Assembly (NCBI RefSeq): GCF_000150275.1
Contig: NW_002060943.1
Span: forward strand, 5,848,008-5,912,007
Reading direction: 5' to 3'
Source: Trichoplax adhaerens
Taxonomy: Eukaryota; Animalia; Placozoa
DNA length: 64,000 bases
The first letter of the stretch is position 1. Every line of letters begins with the position of its first letter. The notes below the pieces were generated by a model, which was not told the DNA's origin, ran no database searches, and saw only the letters and a program-made list of their open reading frames with translations. This document shows, one piece after another, positions 24,634-36,500 of this stretch. The position numbers and the translations under genes were made by a program.

Positions 24634-27600
24634 TTAAAGGTCTTTATATTTTGGCGGAGTCTTTGTCATAGCTGCTTGGACTGACGTCATTAAATCTTCA
24701 GATTGCAGCATGCTCATATTCCAGTTGGCCTAACGTATAAAATTAAATATTCGTAAATGATAAGAATATAACGTATGAAAATGAAACAATAATGCCACGC
24801 ATTGCTGTTTTTATACTCGTACCACTATTTGTATACAATAGCAGTATTACTTTGTTGAAGCATGGAAATAATTGATGTTAGAATTAGACTTACAATATAG
24901 TTTAAACCTTCATCCACCGAGTGGTCACGAGAATAATTCATATTAATTTTTGAACCCGTGATTGCAACAGGGCTTTTGCTGGCAATATTGGTAGCCAATT
25001 TTATTGACGCGTCAGTAAGAGTTTTGGCGTCGGCGTGAACGGAACTAAAATTAGTAGAAGTATTCATTAAAATAACTATATCAGATAAACTAAAGACATT
25101 AAATTTTCCATATCATTATTATTATTCCAAATCATTTATGGTATGGTGGGGCAAATGATACATATTTAATATCAGTTACCTAACAAAGCCAATATCTTTC
25201 GCTTCAGTAGCAGAAAAATTTCTTGCTGTATAGACTAACTCTCTAACTAAGCTGTGTTATAAAAAGAATTCTTAATATGAAATTCACTTAAGAGTGAATG
25301 TACAGAATTCAAGCAGCACAATAGCAAATACCATATCCTGTAATTTAATCATAGGATGCTTATACTAGACTTTGACGAGCTATAATTACAAATACGCACC
25401 TATCATTTCCCACGATTTTTGGAAACCGCTGCAATGTACCAACATCAGCAGCTAATCCCATGTCAACTTCCTTCAATTTGAACAAGATAAAGTATGCATC
25501 TTTGTTACTGTATTAATTAAAGAGGCTTATCTTATATAATTTTATATATACCAGCTGGAATAAATCTCATCGTTTACCTTAATCGAGAAAAAAGCATCCT
25601 GAGAACAAAGTCTAATATCACAAGCACTTGTCATATCGATACCTTTAAATCACAAGTAATACGATTAGTGTAAGTTACAACGCACATATAAGATAGCATA
25701 AAAATTATAGCTTCACTGTCAAAGTAATTCAATATACGATCAACAATAGTGATATGCAGCTGATGTTGTAAAAATTTTTTTATTTCTGAGAAATAAACAA
25801 TACTACCGGCTCCAATGCATCCACCATGTATACTTGCAATTACAGGTTTGGGACACTAATATGTATATAATCATCGAATTAGTTAAACGATGTAATACGC
25901 TTCAAGGATTCTAATTATAGGTGTGAAACTACTTAATAATTCGACGAGTCTTACTGTAAGATTGAGTTGGAACTAGTAATACTACTTAGATCTATTACAA
26001 TATACAGTATCAAAAATTGATGAGATGTTTTTAGAAACCTTTTCAATTGAGGTAAAGGTATCCTGAAATTTTTTTACAGCAATACGCATTGCAATGGCTC
26101 TCCTAGCAACCTCTTGATTGGGATCATGTAGCATTGCCAAAACAGAGAGATCGATACCTATAGTGTTAAATAAAGTGCAAAAAATACTTTAGCTAGACTA
26201 CCATGACTTTTCGCGATGACTATACTAGCATACGCATAGGATTGTTAGGCACATTTCTCACCTGAACAGAACATCTTACCAGCTCCAGATAAAATAATAA
26301 CACGGCATGACGAATCAGTACCCAGACTATCAAAGCACTGTGGGATTTCTCTAGCAATGTCATACAGTGAGTGATATAGCATCACGATAGCCAAAAAAAT
26401 TGGTTAGTTTTCATTCAACGTGACCAATATGATTCAGAGCTTTCAATTAAGTCTGTATAATATCAAGTTGCAGATTATTCTTGTGTATTGAATGTTCAAC
26501 TACTTACTTCCACATATCGTCATCTATAGAATTACGCTTGTCTGGTCTATTAAGTTGCACATGATATACATTATCGCCTGTTTGTTCCACTTGCAAGGTG
26601 TTAAATTGATACGAAGACATCATTCTGCCGTGGCCTAAATAGGATTAATGAAAGTTAAGCCTCTCTCGAATAGAAGTCACCAGTTCTACAATGAGTAGTG
26701 ACTACAGGTTAGTGTTTGTATCATGTAATCACTCCTAATCAGTGGTTGTGCATTTTCAAGAACGTGTTGTAGTACGGAATCGTCTGAGATCTATCTAGTT
26801 CGTACTATATGCGTTAGGCTAAATACGCTTTTTACGTTAATGTAGATAGAAAGCGAGTGAATACTTCATCATACGGTATCACTATACTAATCCTTACTAC
26901 GTTTATTACATTTCTATTTTGAATTACTCACACGCTATTTAAAAAAATTTTGAATATAGAATATTAGGTCAGTTTCAATAAAATGGATTTCAAGTTATTT
27001 AATTAATTTAAAATTAGACTGGACCACGTTGAATAAAATATTGAGAAGAATCTAATGTGTCAACAGTTGTGCAATTTTATTAGTATAGTCTACCTAGCTA
27101 GCTAAGCCTTGATGCAAGCTAGTATTAAACGTGCGGTACACCATCGCACAGCGAAATAAAGCCATAGCCTACAACGCCTAGCCGTACTTTGCAAAGGCGA
27201 CTAGGCTTGCCTTTAGCTCGAACAGCAAGATAGTTACTTAGATACAGTACAGTATCCGCAATATTGGATGTTTTACGGAGTACAAAGTACGCCGCAGCTA
27301 GGCCCACTGCTGCGCCACGCCTATACGGGACTTACTGCACCTCTGAAAGAAGTATAGTACAGCAGTACGGTTTCGTAAGCCGTACCGTATCCAACGTACG
27401 CACAGTACATTGTACAGTAAAATGAGTGTACTGTACTGTACACTGTACATTTGTGAGCTGTGACATTCTGGATATTCTGGGCCGACGTAGTTGAATGATC
27501 AAATATGGAGTGTCCATTTTAGACTCTGTTGAGCTCTCTGAATTCGCTGCACAGCCAGCAAATTTCTCTTAGAAATCCCTGCTAAGGCTTGCAAGCAAGG

Positions 27601-28787
27601 CTGCAAACAATAATATGATATATTGCAAGTACGGTAGTATGATGTTATGAGCTAGAAATATCCCTAATTTACAACAACGTTTGAGAGTGCGTTTTCTAAT
27701 CTACACCATTGCCACTTACAATACCAATCCGTTGCTATTGCTACGTAGATATAATCAAGATCTAGCATGCTAAAATATTTCATCTAAACTTCAAAATTGT
27801 ACTTTTAACTTTAACATTCTTCGAGGTGATAGATACAATCAAGTTAAACCAGTTGGTAACTACTATTTTAGTCTATCTAATCCTACAGTTCAGGAGATCG
27901 TCAATATTACTGGTATAGAGATGTCACGAAGATGACTTTTGTCACATATAAGTTCTTGCGATGATAGTTGGCGATACCTGGATAACTTAATATTTGAAAG
28001 ACCAACGATCTGATAGATAGTTCGATATTCAAGCCGATAGTTGACACCATCTTAAAGGCCAAAACAATCAGTTGCCTTATATACGCATTTTATGGACTAC
28101 TAGATGCAGTATGGCGTATCTAGTAGACCATGCGTCTATACTGTAAATAATTATAAGAAATACTATATTTTATGGGTATACAAACCTAATTTTAAGACTA
28201 GATGCGAACTGCAAACTCAGATAAAGTACATGATAGGCATCGTTAAGAAATAGAGGATGCAATCGCATTAGAATGAGCCAGATTCATTATTGTAACGGGA
28301 GTATTTACTGCTAGTAGACTTAATCTAGATATGGGACATGAGAGTGTGAACAAGCACAATCTATTCCTCTCTTTTGATTGAACATGTCCATTGCACAATT
28401 GCATGCAGTACCGTACAGTATCGTATCGTTTACGAAGATGGAACTTACTCATAATATAGATGAAAAGTAGGAATTATGCGGATTTGTCGACGGTCAATAG
28501 CTACCACTAAGCCTGTCGAGAATTTTAAAATTATATGGTACTGTAATTTTATCGTCGACAGTTAAGAATGTCATGTATTGTCAAATCTTGAACGAAATCA
28601 ACTGAAAGTATACAAATAAATAAAATAATAACGTTATGCAAAACTAACACACTCCCCGCTAATACAGCAAGTGTTGTACTGATTACTACGGTACAACAAT
28701 TTTTATTGGCACGTTTTAAATGATAATAGTTATACCTATCAGTGAACGCCAGTTTTTGCATTTTGTTATATGTTGTAGGAACGCCAT
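24634..28787 (-). CDS. ECH1: Delta(3,5)-Delta(2,4)-dienoyl-CoA isomerase (crotonase family), spliced
   Basis: Exons encode HVQLNRPDKRNS, GCIGAG, EVDMGLAADVGTLQRFPKIVGNDS, SKSPVAITGSKINMNYSRDHSV and WNMSMLQSEDL. Proposed exon 1 (28736-28787, MAFLQHITKCKNWRSLI, phase 1) joins in frame to exon 2 at 26634 (GHGRMMSSY), giving a mitochondrial presequence. The exon-1 assignment is less certain than the core (24634-26623). Confidence 0.9.
27130..27450. promoter_or_regulatory. Promoter-like island (GC-richer segment plus TACAG/CTGTA array) inside ECH1 intron 1
   Basis: GTACTGTACTGTACACTGTAC and related units at ~27350-27450; imperfect palindrome GCCTAG...CTTTGCAAAG...CTAGGC at 27176-27206. Confidence 0.45.
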
Positions 28788-29592
28788 TGCACAGTTGCTG
28801 TTGTTGAATTATGAATGATATTAGTAGAATCCCTTAATCCTCTGCTGTTTCTAACAAGTGATGATTAAAAAGGCTGAAAACCGGCAGTCTTAGCTCAGGG
28901 TCCGGTGGGGGGTGGAGGGGTCACACTTTGTGACCCGTCAATCTTTAGCAAGGCAGGCTTGTGTCATCTGTCGTCACGACAGTCTGTACACGCTATACGG
29001 ATACTCGAGACGGGCGGACAGGGTAAAGAACCAAGTGTACTGTGCTGTACTGTACAGTACAGTGTACAGTACGTCACAGAAAGTACTGTACAGTACAACG
29101 TTTGGAAATTCTATTCCGATTTTTCAAAATGAAATAAAAGTGCCAAAAATGGATGAACTCTATTCAATTTTTTATAAATCAGCAGCATTTGAGTCAAAAA
29201 TTTCAAATTCGCAGCTATATTTCTATTTTATTGAACATCCGCTGCAAAATATCTAAAAGAATCGCCAATTTTGCTACAGTACATCGTCAAATTTTCTACA
29301 GTCCTATTGTTTTATTTTAGTACAGTACTGTACAGTGTACAGTACAGTACTGTACTGTACAACGCCCAGCATTGGCCTCCGTACATAGTACTGTACTGTA
29401 TTTTACTTTGTCTGAACAATACTGTACTGTACTGTAATCTGTACTGTAGTCTTTCGTATTGAGTGCTTCAGTGCCATCGAAACACGTACAACAAAACCTC
29501 GATCTTGCACTCACATCGACCCACACAAGCCCAGTCAAGCTATTATCTGGCCACAGGCTTACAGCTCGCACTTGCAATCAAAGAAGAAAAAA
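28788..29592. promoter_or_regulatory. Bidirectional promoter / 5' UTR region between ECH1 and ALDH6A1
   Basis: 805 bp separate the two divergent ATGs. TACAG/CTGTA arrays lie at ~29036-29098 and ~29274-29449, including a perfect 26-bp palindrome at 29336-29361. Confidence 0.7.
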
Positions 29593-32500
29593 ATGCTCTC
29601 TGCTAGGTCAAGAATTTCGCAAATTGCAAAGCAGGTATTTCTACTAGGAAATGGATTTCACTTCAGTCTTGAATGCAAACATTTAGTTGTGCTCTATTTC
29701 ATCTTACATGCTCAATTTGAAAATTGTTGTACTTCATAATTTTGACTTGCTGTACAGTAGAATTGGCGTAACTGCGTCTTGATCACTAAGGTACAAATTC
29801 AGTAAAATACAGTAGCAGAATTGCAATCAACAGTGGACTGTCCTACAGCAATAAGATATTACCCATGGCGTTTGAATAGTAACATGGAATACATCGACGT
29901 CATCAACATGACCATTTAGTGAATAAAGTAGGTCTAGTAAAGAAGAAAATCGTCGTAGAAATGGGTACACTTGCGTAGACTAGGGTAGAGATTGATTGAT
30001 CAAGGTCCTCCTAAATGACACCAATTGTTAACGTGACGGAGTAGTATTGATCGATCAATTATTCGACCAGAGGGTGTTGGATAGTTATTCCTGAGGAGCT
30101 ACGACACTTTCAAAAGGTCATTTTCATCTACCACAACGAAAGGAAGACTAAAACTATTGCTATAGACTCAGAAAACAGCGTGCACGCTTTCGCAACAATT
30201 CATATCACTACTTTCTTATCAGTTTGTGATTGGGCTTGATAGGATAAAATATTGTCAATACAGTTGGTGAAATATGTCTTGGATCGGCCAATCCTTTGGT
30301 TGATTATTGATCCTTGTGTTACTTGTATAGAATGATTGCTTTACCAGCCTCGTTAATAAGGTGTTAGTTATGGTTCTCAAAGTCTTTCCATTCCTTTATC
30401 ACAATACTTTCTAATTTACTAAATCCCTTCAAAAAATTCTCATTGGAACGTGGCTAACGCAACATGTGTTTCCAGCTTACGATACAGTACATTTAGAGTA
30501 ATTGAGTAAATCGAACAGCGATGGTAATGAATTCATTAAAAGTGATCAGTAATTACTGCTCTAGACATAAAAGTAGATCTCTCTCTTTCTGCTTTCAAGT
30601 TTTACTTTTGATCATCCAATATCGTCCAGCATTTGTGATGGTTGTCCGTTTCTTAATTATCATCTTACTGTATGCAGATGTTTACTGACAAAGTGCCAAT
30701 CCCCGTACAACACTGTCCGTAGATCTGTCGGTGAATACGAGTACATTAATTTAATTTACTATCGTTACTCTTATTAATTATCATATTCTGCAAAACGATA
30801 CTAATTCACGCAGCCATGTCTACTTTGGACAGTTGTTGACGATAAATGGTAATCATTGGAATATGGGCTTGTATCACTGCTAAAGCCTATACAGTTGATA
30901 AAAGAGACATTGATAGAATCATGAAACCCACCTCCAGAATTACGCTGTTATTCCAACTCGCTTGTAGGATATAGGACATGAAAGTAGTATCGATACTAAT
31001 AAAAACTAAGGAATTATATCATTGAGGGACTTTTAATTAGCCACATGATGATGTGTACTAGAAGAATGCGATTTTAATCAGACAACATTAGAGTAATTAC
31101 AGTACCACCTAACTTCGCTTTTCATCTCGCGTATGGAGCAAAGCAATAGCAAATATGAAATTGAATCATAAATCTCCTTTAATTAAAAATCTTCTGCCGT
31201 AAGCTGTGATACTGCACCATGAGGAATTACTAAAAGAAATATCCTGGTAGCATCCTATACTTTTCATCCTACAATGACAAGCTAATTGAAAAAGGCTTAT
31301 TACGTGTACCATTATGACATTCAGATGATATTTTTATTACGCTGACTTTTAGTATGCAGTATTGTACTACAAGTTGCATCAAAGCTGCCAGTAGTACATG
31401 TGCTGTAAAACAGGTTCTGCTACATTTCACCAGTATCAACGCATCAAATTTAGACGGTACTCTACTGTCTATACCCTGCAAGTTGTGACGGAAAACAATT
31501 GATACGAATTATTTTAATCCGACGAGTATTTCCAGTTTTGATGATGTTCCAGCTGACAGAGATTTATGCTATAACTGTTAAATAATTAGAATAGCTGTAA
31601 CCTGTATCTTTTGCGCCTTGATACAGTGGAAAGTAACTTAGCAATATGGATTATCCTAATACAGGAGTGTTGGATATACAGATATACTTCACGAGCTATA
31701 GGAACATCTAAGCCGGATGTACATCAGAATGACGTTGAATACATAAACATGTTTGCGAACTCACAGCGACTTACTGCATATTGCACACGTAATAGCGTGA
31801 ATTATGTACCTTGAACTTCGATCGAATACGTTTCACAGCAGGTAGTTTACACAAAATAAACTGTAGCTATTATATAACACACTTATATACAATCTGTAAT
31901 ATAGTTATTGATCGTAATTAAAGTTATAGTTCATTGAATTAAATACGCGTTAATTATAGCAATTGCAATGATCGGAGAATATCTAGTAAATTTCTACTAA
32001 TGATACGTATCACCCGTTGGTGGGTGATATAATGGCAGCTATCTACAGGAATAGATCGATAAGGCAAAATCCTACGAATACTATTGCTTTGTATTGTATT
32101 GCGAGCTACCGGCGATTTTTTATCCATCCTAGCCAGATTTCGCTTCATACGATCATTTTAGTTACGATAACACTTCTCTAAGGGCTAACCCTCACTGTAT
32201 TTTCTGCTCCAAATGAGCCAATCTTTAAAAAGCTTTGTAATCATTGCAGCTATGATAGTAAAAGTACAGCTAAGTGCATTGTAAATCCATTAACGAAGAC
32301 AAAGTATAAAGGACAGTTTTCGCTATAGTATTATACGAATCGTACTACTTCGTACAAACAAGTCTTAACCTGTACTTATCGCATGCACGCATATTTAATT
32401 AACTATAATCGATCTCGTTTTATGATTAGGCGTCCAGGTTGCCCTTCTATCGTAACTACGCATCTGCGGTAAGCTCTCGTATAAACTTAACTATTCAATA

Positions 32501-35500
32501 GACAGGCTGTTATAAACATTATCTAGCTGTACCGACTAATCAATCTGCTAAATTAATGGTAATGATGCAATTCATGATTGATATTATTTTCTGTATATTT
32601 CAGACCACAACTCCACTCTTTATTGATGGCAAATTCATTGAATCACAAACAAACGAATGGATTGACATTCACGATCCTGTAGGTCTATTCTTAAAGTTAA
32701 TACTCGAATTTCAGGCTTTATTTCTATTATACCTTCCTGTATATTTGCCATATATATGTGATATATGTACATATGGTATTTATTCTGTCAGAACCGAAGT
32801 TTTAAATGCTTGAATTATCAGCTATTTTATGATATCTGTTATACATTATATTATTACTTCATAGGCTACTAATGAAGTGGTCTCAAGGGTGCCATGTGCA
32901 ACAGATAGCGAAATGAACAGCGCTGTTGCTGCTGCCGACAGAGCATTTCAGTCTTGGAAGGAAACATCAATTTTAACACGTCAGCAAGTTATGTTCAAAT
33001 TACAAGATTTAATTCGTACAAATTCGGTAATGAATTGATACTTTATTGGCGGTTAGTAAGATTGTTATCCAATTCTTAAATAACTCTTGATGATTGGTTG
33101 TTACTAGCCTGAAATTGCTAAAATCATCACGATGGAGCAAGGCAAAACTTTATTAGATGCAGAAGGGGATGTTTTTCGCGGCCTGCGTAAGGATATTGAT
33201 TGAACTGCGAGTAGTATAAATTTGAGAGTACAATATGATTCATTCTTGTTGTAAATCTAATAGCGTTTCTTACATTGCAATACTTGATAAAAGTACTATT
33301 TTATAACGATCGAATGGATATTATTCATGCTATTATTTTTAACTCATGATTTCAACCAATCTCTTATAGAGGTCGTAGAACATGCCTGTTCGATTACCTC
33401 ATTACAGTTAGGTGAAAGCCTTCCTTCTGTTGCGAAAGATATGGATACCTATACCTACAGAATACCACTAGGCGTGACTGCAGGAATAACTCCGTAATTA
33501 ACGTAGAATTTGAATACAAGTTAATTTACATAAGCCATCATGCGACCGTGGATTGTTACTTAATGATGACTGCCTTTAGGTTAATATTAACTTTTTTGTC
33601 AAACCGTTCTTAATGTCTTATAGGTTTAATTTTCCTGCTATGATTCCGTTGTGGGTAAGCTCCGTGTTGCGAACACATAAAACGACTTGCTTTTGCACCT
33701 GTAACAGTTCTAAAAATAATTACTGTGTAATAAATTACTATTAGATGTTTCCAATGGCGTTAGTTTGTGGTAACACATCCGTGATTAAGCCATCTGAACG
33801 TGACCCTGGTGCTGTAATGTTAATGATGAAATTGGCTCAAGACGCTGGAATACCAGATGGTGCTGTTAACGTAATTCATGGAGCCAAGAGAGCAGTAAAC
33901 TTTATTCTTGACAACCCTGTTATTAAAGCAGTATCTTTTGTGGGCTCTGATCAAGCTGTTAGTTCACATTCAAAACATGGTTTTTTAACATTTTCTTCAA
34001 TGTAGTACTTACGTAATACCTATGATGATGACTAGGGCGAGTACATTTACGAACGAGGTTCAGCTAATGGAAAGCGAGTACAAAGTAACATGGGAGCTAA
34101 GAACCATGGCGTTATCTTGCCAGATGCGAACAAAGAAGCAACGCTTAACGCCGTTAGTACTTTGCTAGTAAAACTCGGTGTATTATAGCATTCTCTTTAA
34201 TTTAAGTTATTCAATTCAGTTATGCGGTGCTGCTTTTGGAGCCGCTGGACAGAGATGTATGGCTTTATCAACTGCAGTTTTTGTTGGTGAAACTAAAAAC
34301 TGGATTCCTGAATTGGTAGAGAGAGCGAAAAAACTGAAAGTTAGCGCAGGTAATTCTATTAAGGTATTACGGAATAAGTTGTGCGAAGATACATTACATA
34401 GACACTAGTCGTGAAGGATTATATTATTATATGACTTCACTTCCATTGAATATCTAATCCCATCATTTTATATTTATTATCATAAAACTTGTAGGAGCTG
34501 AACCTGAAGCTGATTTAGGCCCATTGATCACTCCAGAAGCCAAAGATAGGGTTTGCAAGTTGGTTCAAAGTGGAGTCAATGAAGGTGCTGGGGTTAGTTT
34601 ACTATAAGTTAGTTTTGATTATTGTTACTTTTTCGTATAATGACTAGATATAGATAAAAATGATGAAATATTTTAATTATGAAATATTTTAATTATGAAA
34701 AAGCTTATTTTGGATGGTCGAGATATCTCTGTGAAAGGATACGAAAACGGAAATTTCGTTGGACCCACAATATTAACAGACGTGAAGGTATATTTTTCGT
34801 GGTATATCATTTAATTACTTCTTGTTTGCCATTTATAATTTCTAAAAACTGTAATTTGAAATGATGTAGCCGGATATGGAATGTTACACGGAAGAAATAT
34901 TTGGACCTGTTTTGGTTACATTAAATGTTGACACCCTCGATGAGGTAAGAAGTTATTGAAATCAATTCTCTTGATGGATTATGTTAACATTTTTCTTAAC
35001 TTACTTTGCAAAGGCCATTTCTCTAATCAATAAAAATCCCTACGGTAACGGCACTGCTGTCTTTACGAACTCTGGAGCTGCTGCTCGTAAATTTCAAAAT
35101 GAAGTCGACGTTGGCCAGGTATTAATTTGAACAATTTTAGACCAAAAGAAAGTGTATTACCGACTAAAATTTTATTGGATTATCTGTTTTAACACCTTAA
35201 AGCTAGATATATACTTTTTAACCTTCAAATCATTGTATTTCGTAAATATAGATCGGAATTAACGTTCCCATCCCGGTTCCTTTGCCTATGTTTGCTTTTA
35301 CTGGATCAAGAGGCTCTTTCAGAGGAGACACCAACTTCTATGGCAAATCGGTAAGGTTTATTTTGACTTCGATTTTGATTTGATGTACATTTATTAAATA
35401 AGAGCCTGCAATATAATTTTATGCGTATTAGGGTATTGCATTCTACACCCAAACGAAAACTATCACCAGCCTTTGGAGGGAAGAAGATGCCACCGATAAA

Positions 35501-35533
35501 GTAGCCCCTACGGCTATGCCAACAATGAAGTAA
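29593..35533 (+). CDS. ALDH6A1: Methylmalonate-semialdehyde dehydrogenase (acylating), mitochondrial, spliced
   Basis: Exon 1 [14 protein letters not shown] (29593-29634) and exon 2 [13 protein letters not shown] (32430-32468) form a presequence. These are followed by [57 protein letters not shown], catalytic [26 protein letters not shown] and the C-terminus PTAMPTMK-stop. Confidence 0.95.
30030..30190 (+). mobile_element. Degenerate Gypsy-like retrotransposon pol fragment (region at the start of integrase) in ALDH6A1 intron 1
   Basis: Frameshifted peptides in the expected order: RDGVVL (30032), [12 protein letters not shown] (30069-30104), ..IYH, AIDS, KQRAR (30173-30187). These resemble the DG-x-x-RG-xRIVIP-x-xLR...H-x-x-HxG-x-x-x-xK-xRAR motif of Gypsy integrase N-termini. 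Confidence 0.5.
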
Positions 35534-36500
35534 CGCTTAGATGGCAATATTGTATTTAAATGCTGATAACTTACTGATTCGAATCTTCAAATATGAAAAT
35601 GGTTTAATTTTGATCGCCTTTGTGTACGCTTGCAATTATGGTAATTTCATATTGAGTAGAGCAAAATAAGTGTCTACCATACTTGCTGTTCTAATAAATC
35701 GCCTATTACTACAAAGTTGATGATATGTGTCTGCAAATTATGATTTCGTACTATTGTGCGAAACATTCTAAGTTTTTGAGATTGTGAATACAAAACTTCA
35801 TTTACTTGTATAAATGATGGCTTTTCATCCCGGAGTAATGCGTGGATAAAATATCGTAGCATACCCGATCATGTAGAAAATAGTCGAATTCTACTCGAAA
35901 TTTTTACGAAGCAGATCCACACACATTTATAGGATTGGCATATATTTATTTTACCTAAAAACAGTAATGGGCTGCACTATTTATATTAAGTAAGTACGTA
36001 TCATACTTGAAAACAAGGACATGGATAAGATTCAGCAAGCGTAATATAGTAATAAGAATAGCATTGACAATTATTAATTTCATTTTTATTTATAAACGTT
36101 AAAGCAATAATTATAATGAGAAACTTACACAGTTAAACTTTTACCAACTAACGGATATTTACAATAAAAATTGAAAATGTAGGGCATATGATAAAAATGG
36201 GGGGGGGGGAAAAGAAGGTACTTTATAGCAGTCGCCAAATAATATGTCAAACGACACAGTTCTTATCTAAAACGAGCTGATGTAATGATCGACATACACT
36301 GTGGTAGACGCATGCAGTTTAAAACTTTAATAATTTGGGATGCAAATACTACGTGTGATGCTTACCGAACGATTGGTAAAGATAGAATTAAATTAGCTAT
36401 AAAATGATCATTAGATAGAATGGTAAGTTGCTTACTCGTGCATAGTACATACTGCTTATGTATAAGAATAATATTGTTAAGTCAGAACGAGTACGATACA

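Noticed and set aside
28905-29647. ORF-track entries rich in VLY/STV/CTV (28905-29647, also 27332-27517)
   Set aside because: These are translations of the TACAG low-complexity arrays, not proteins.
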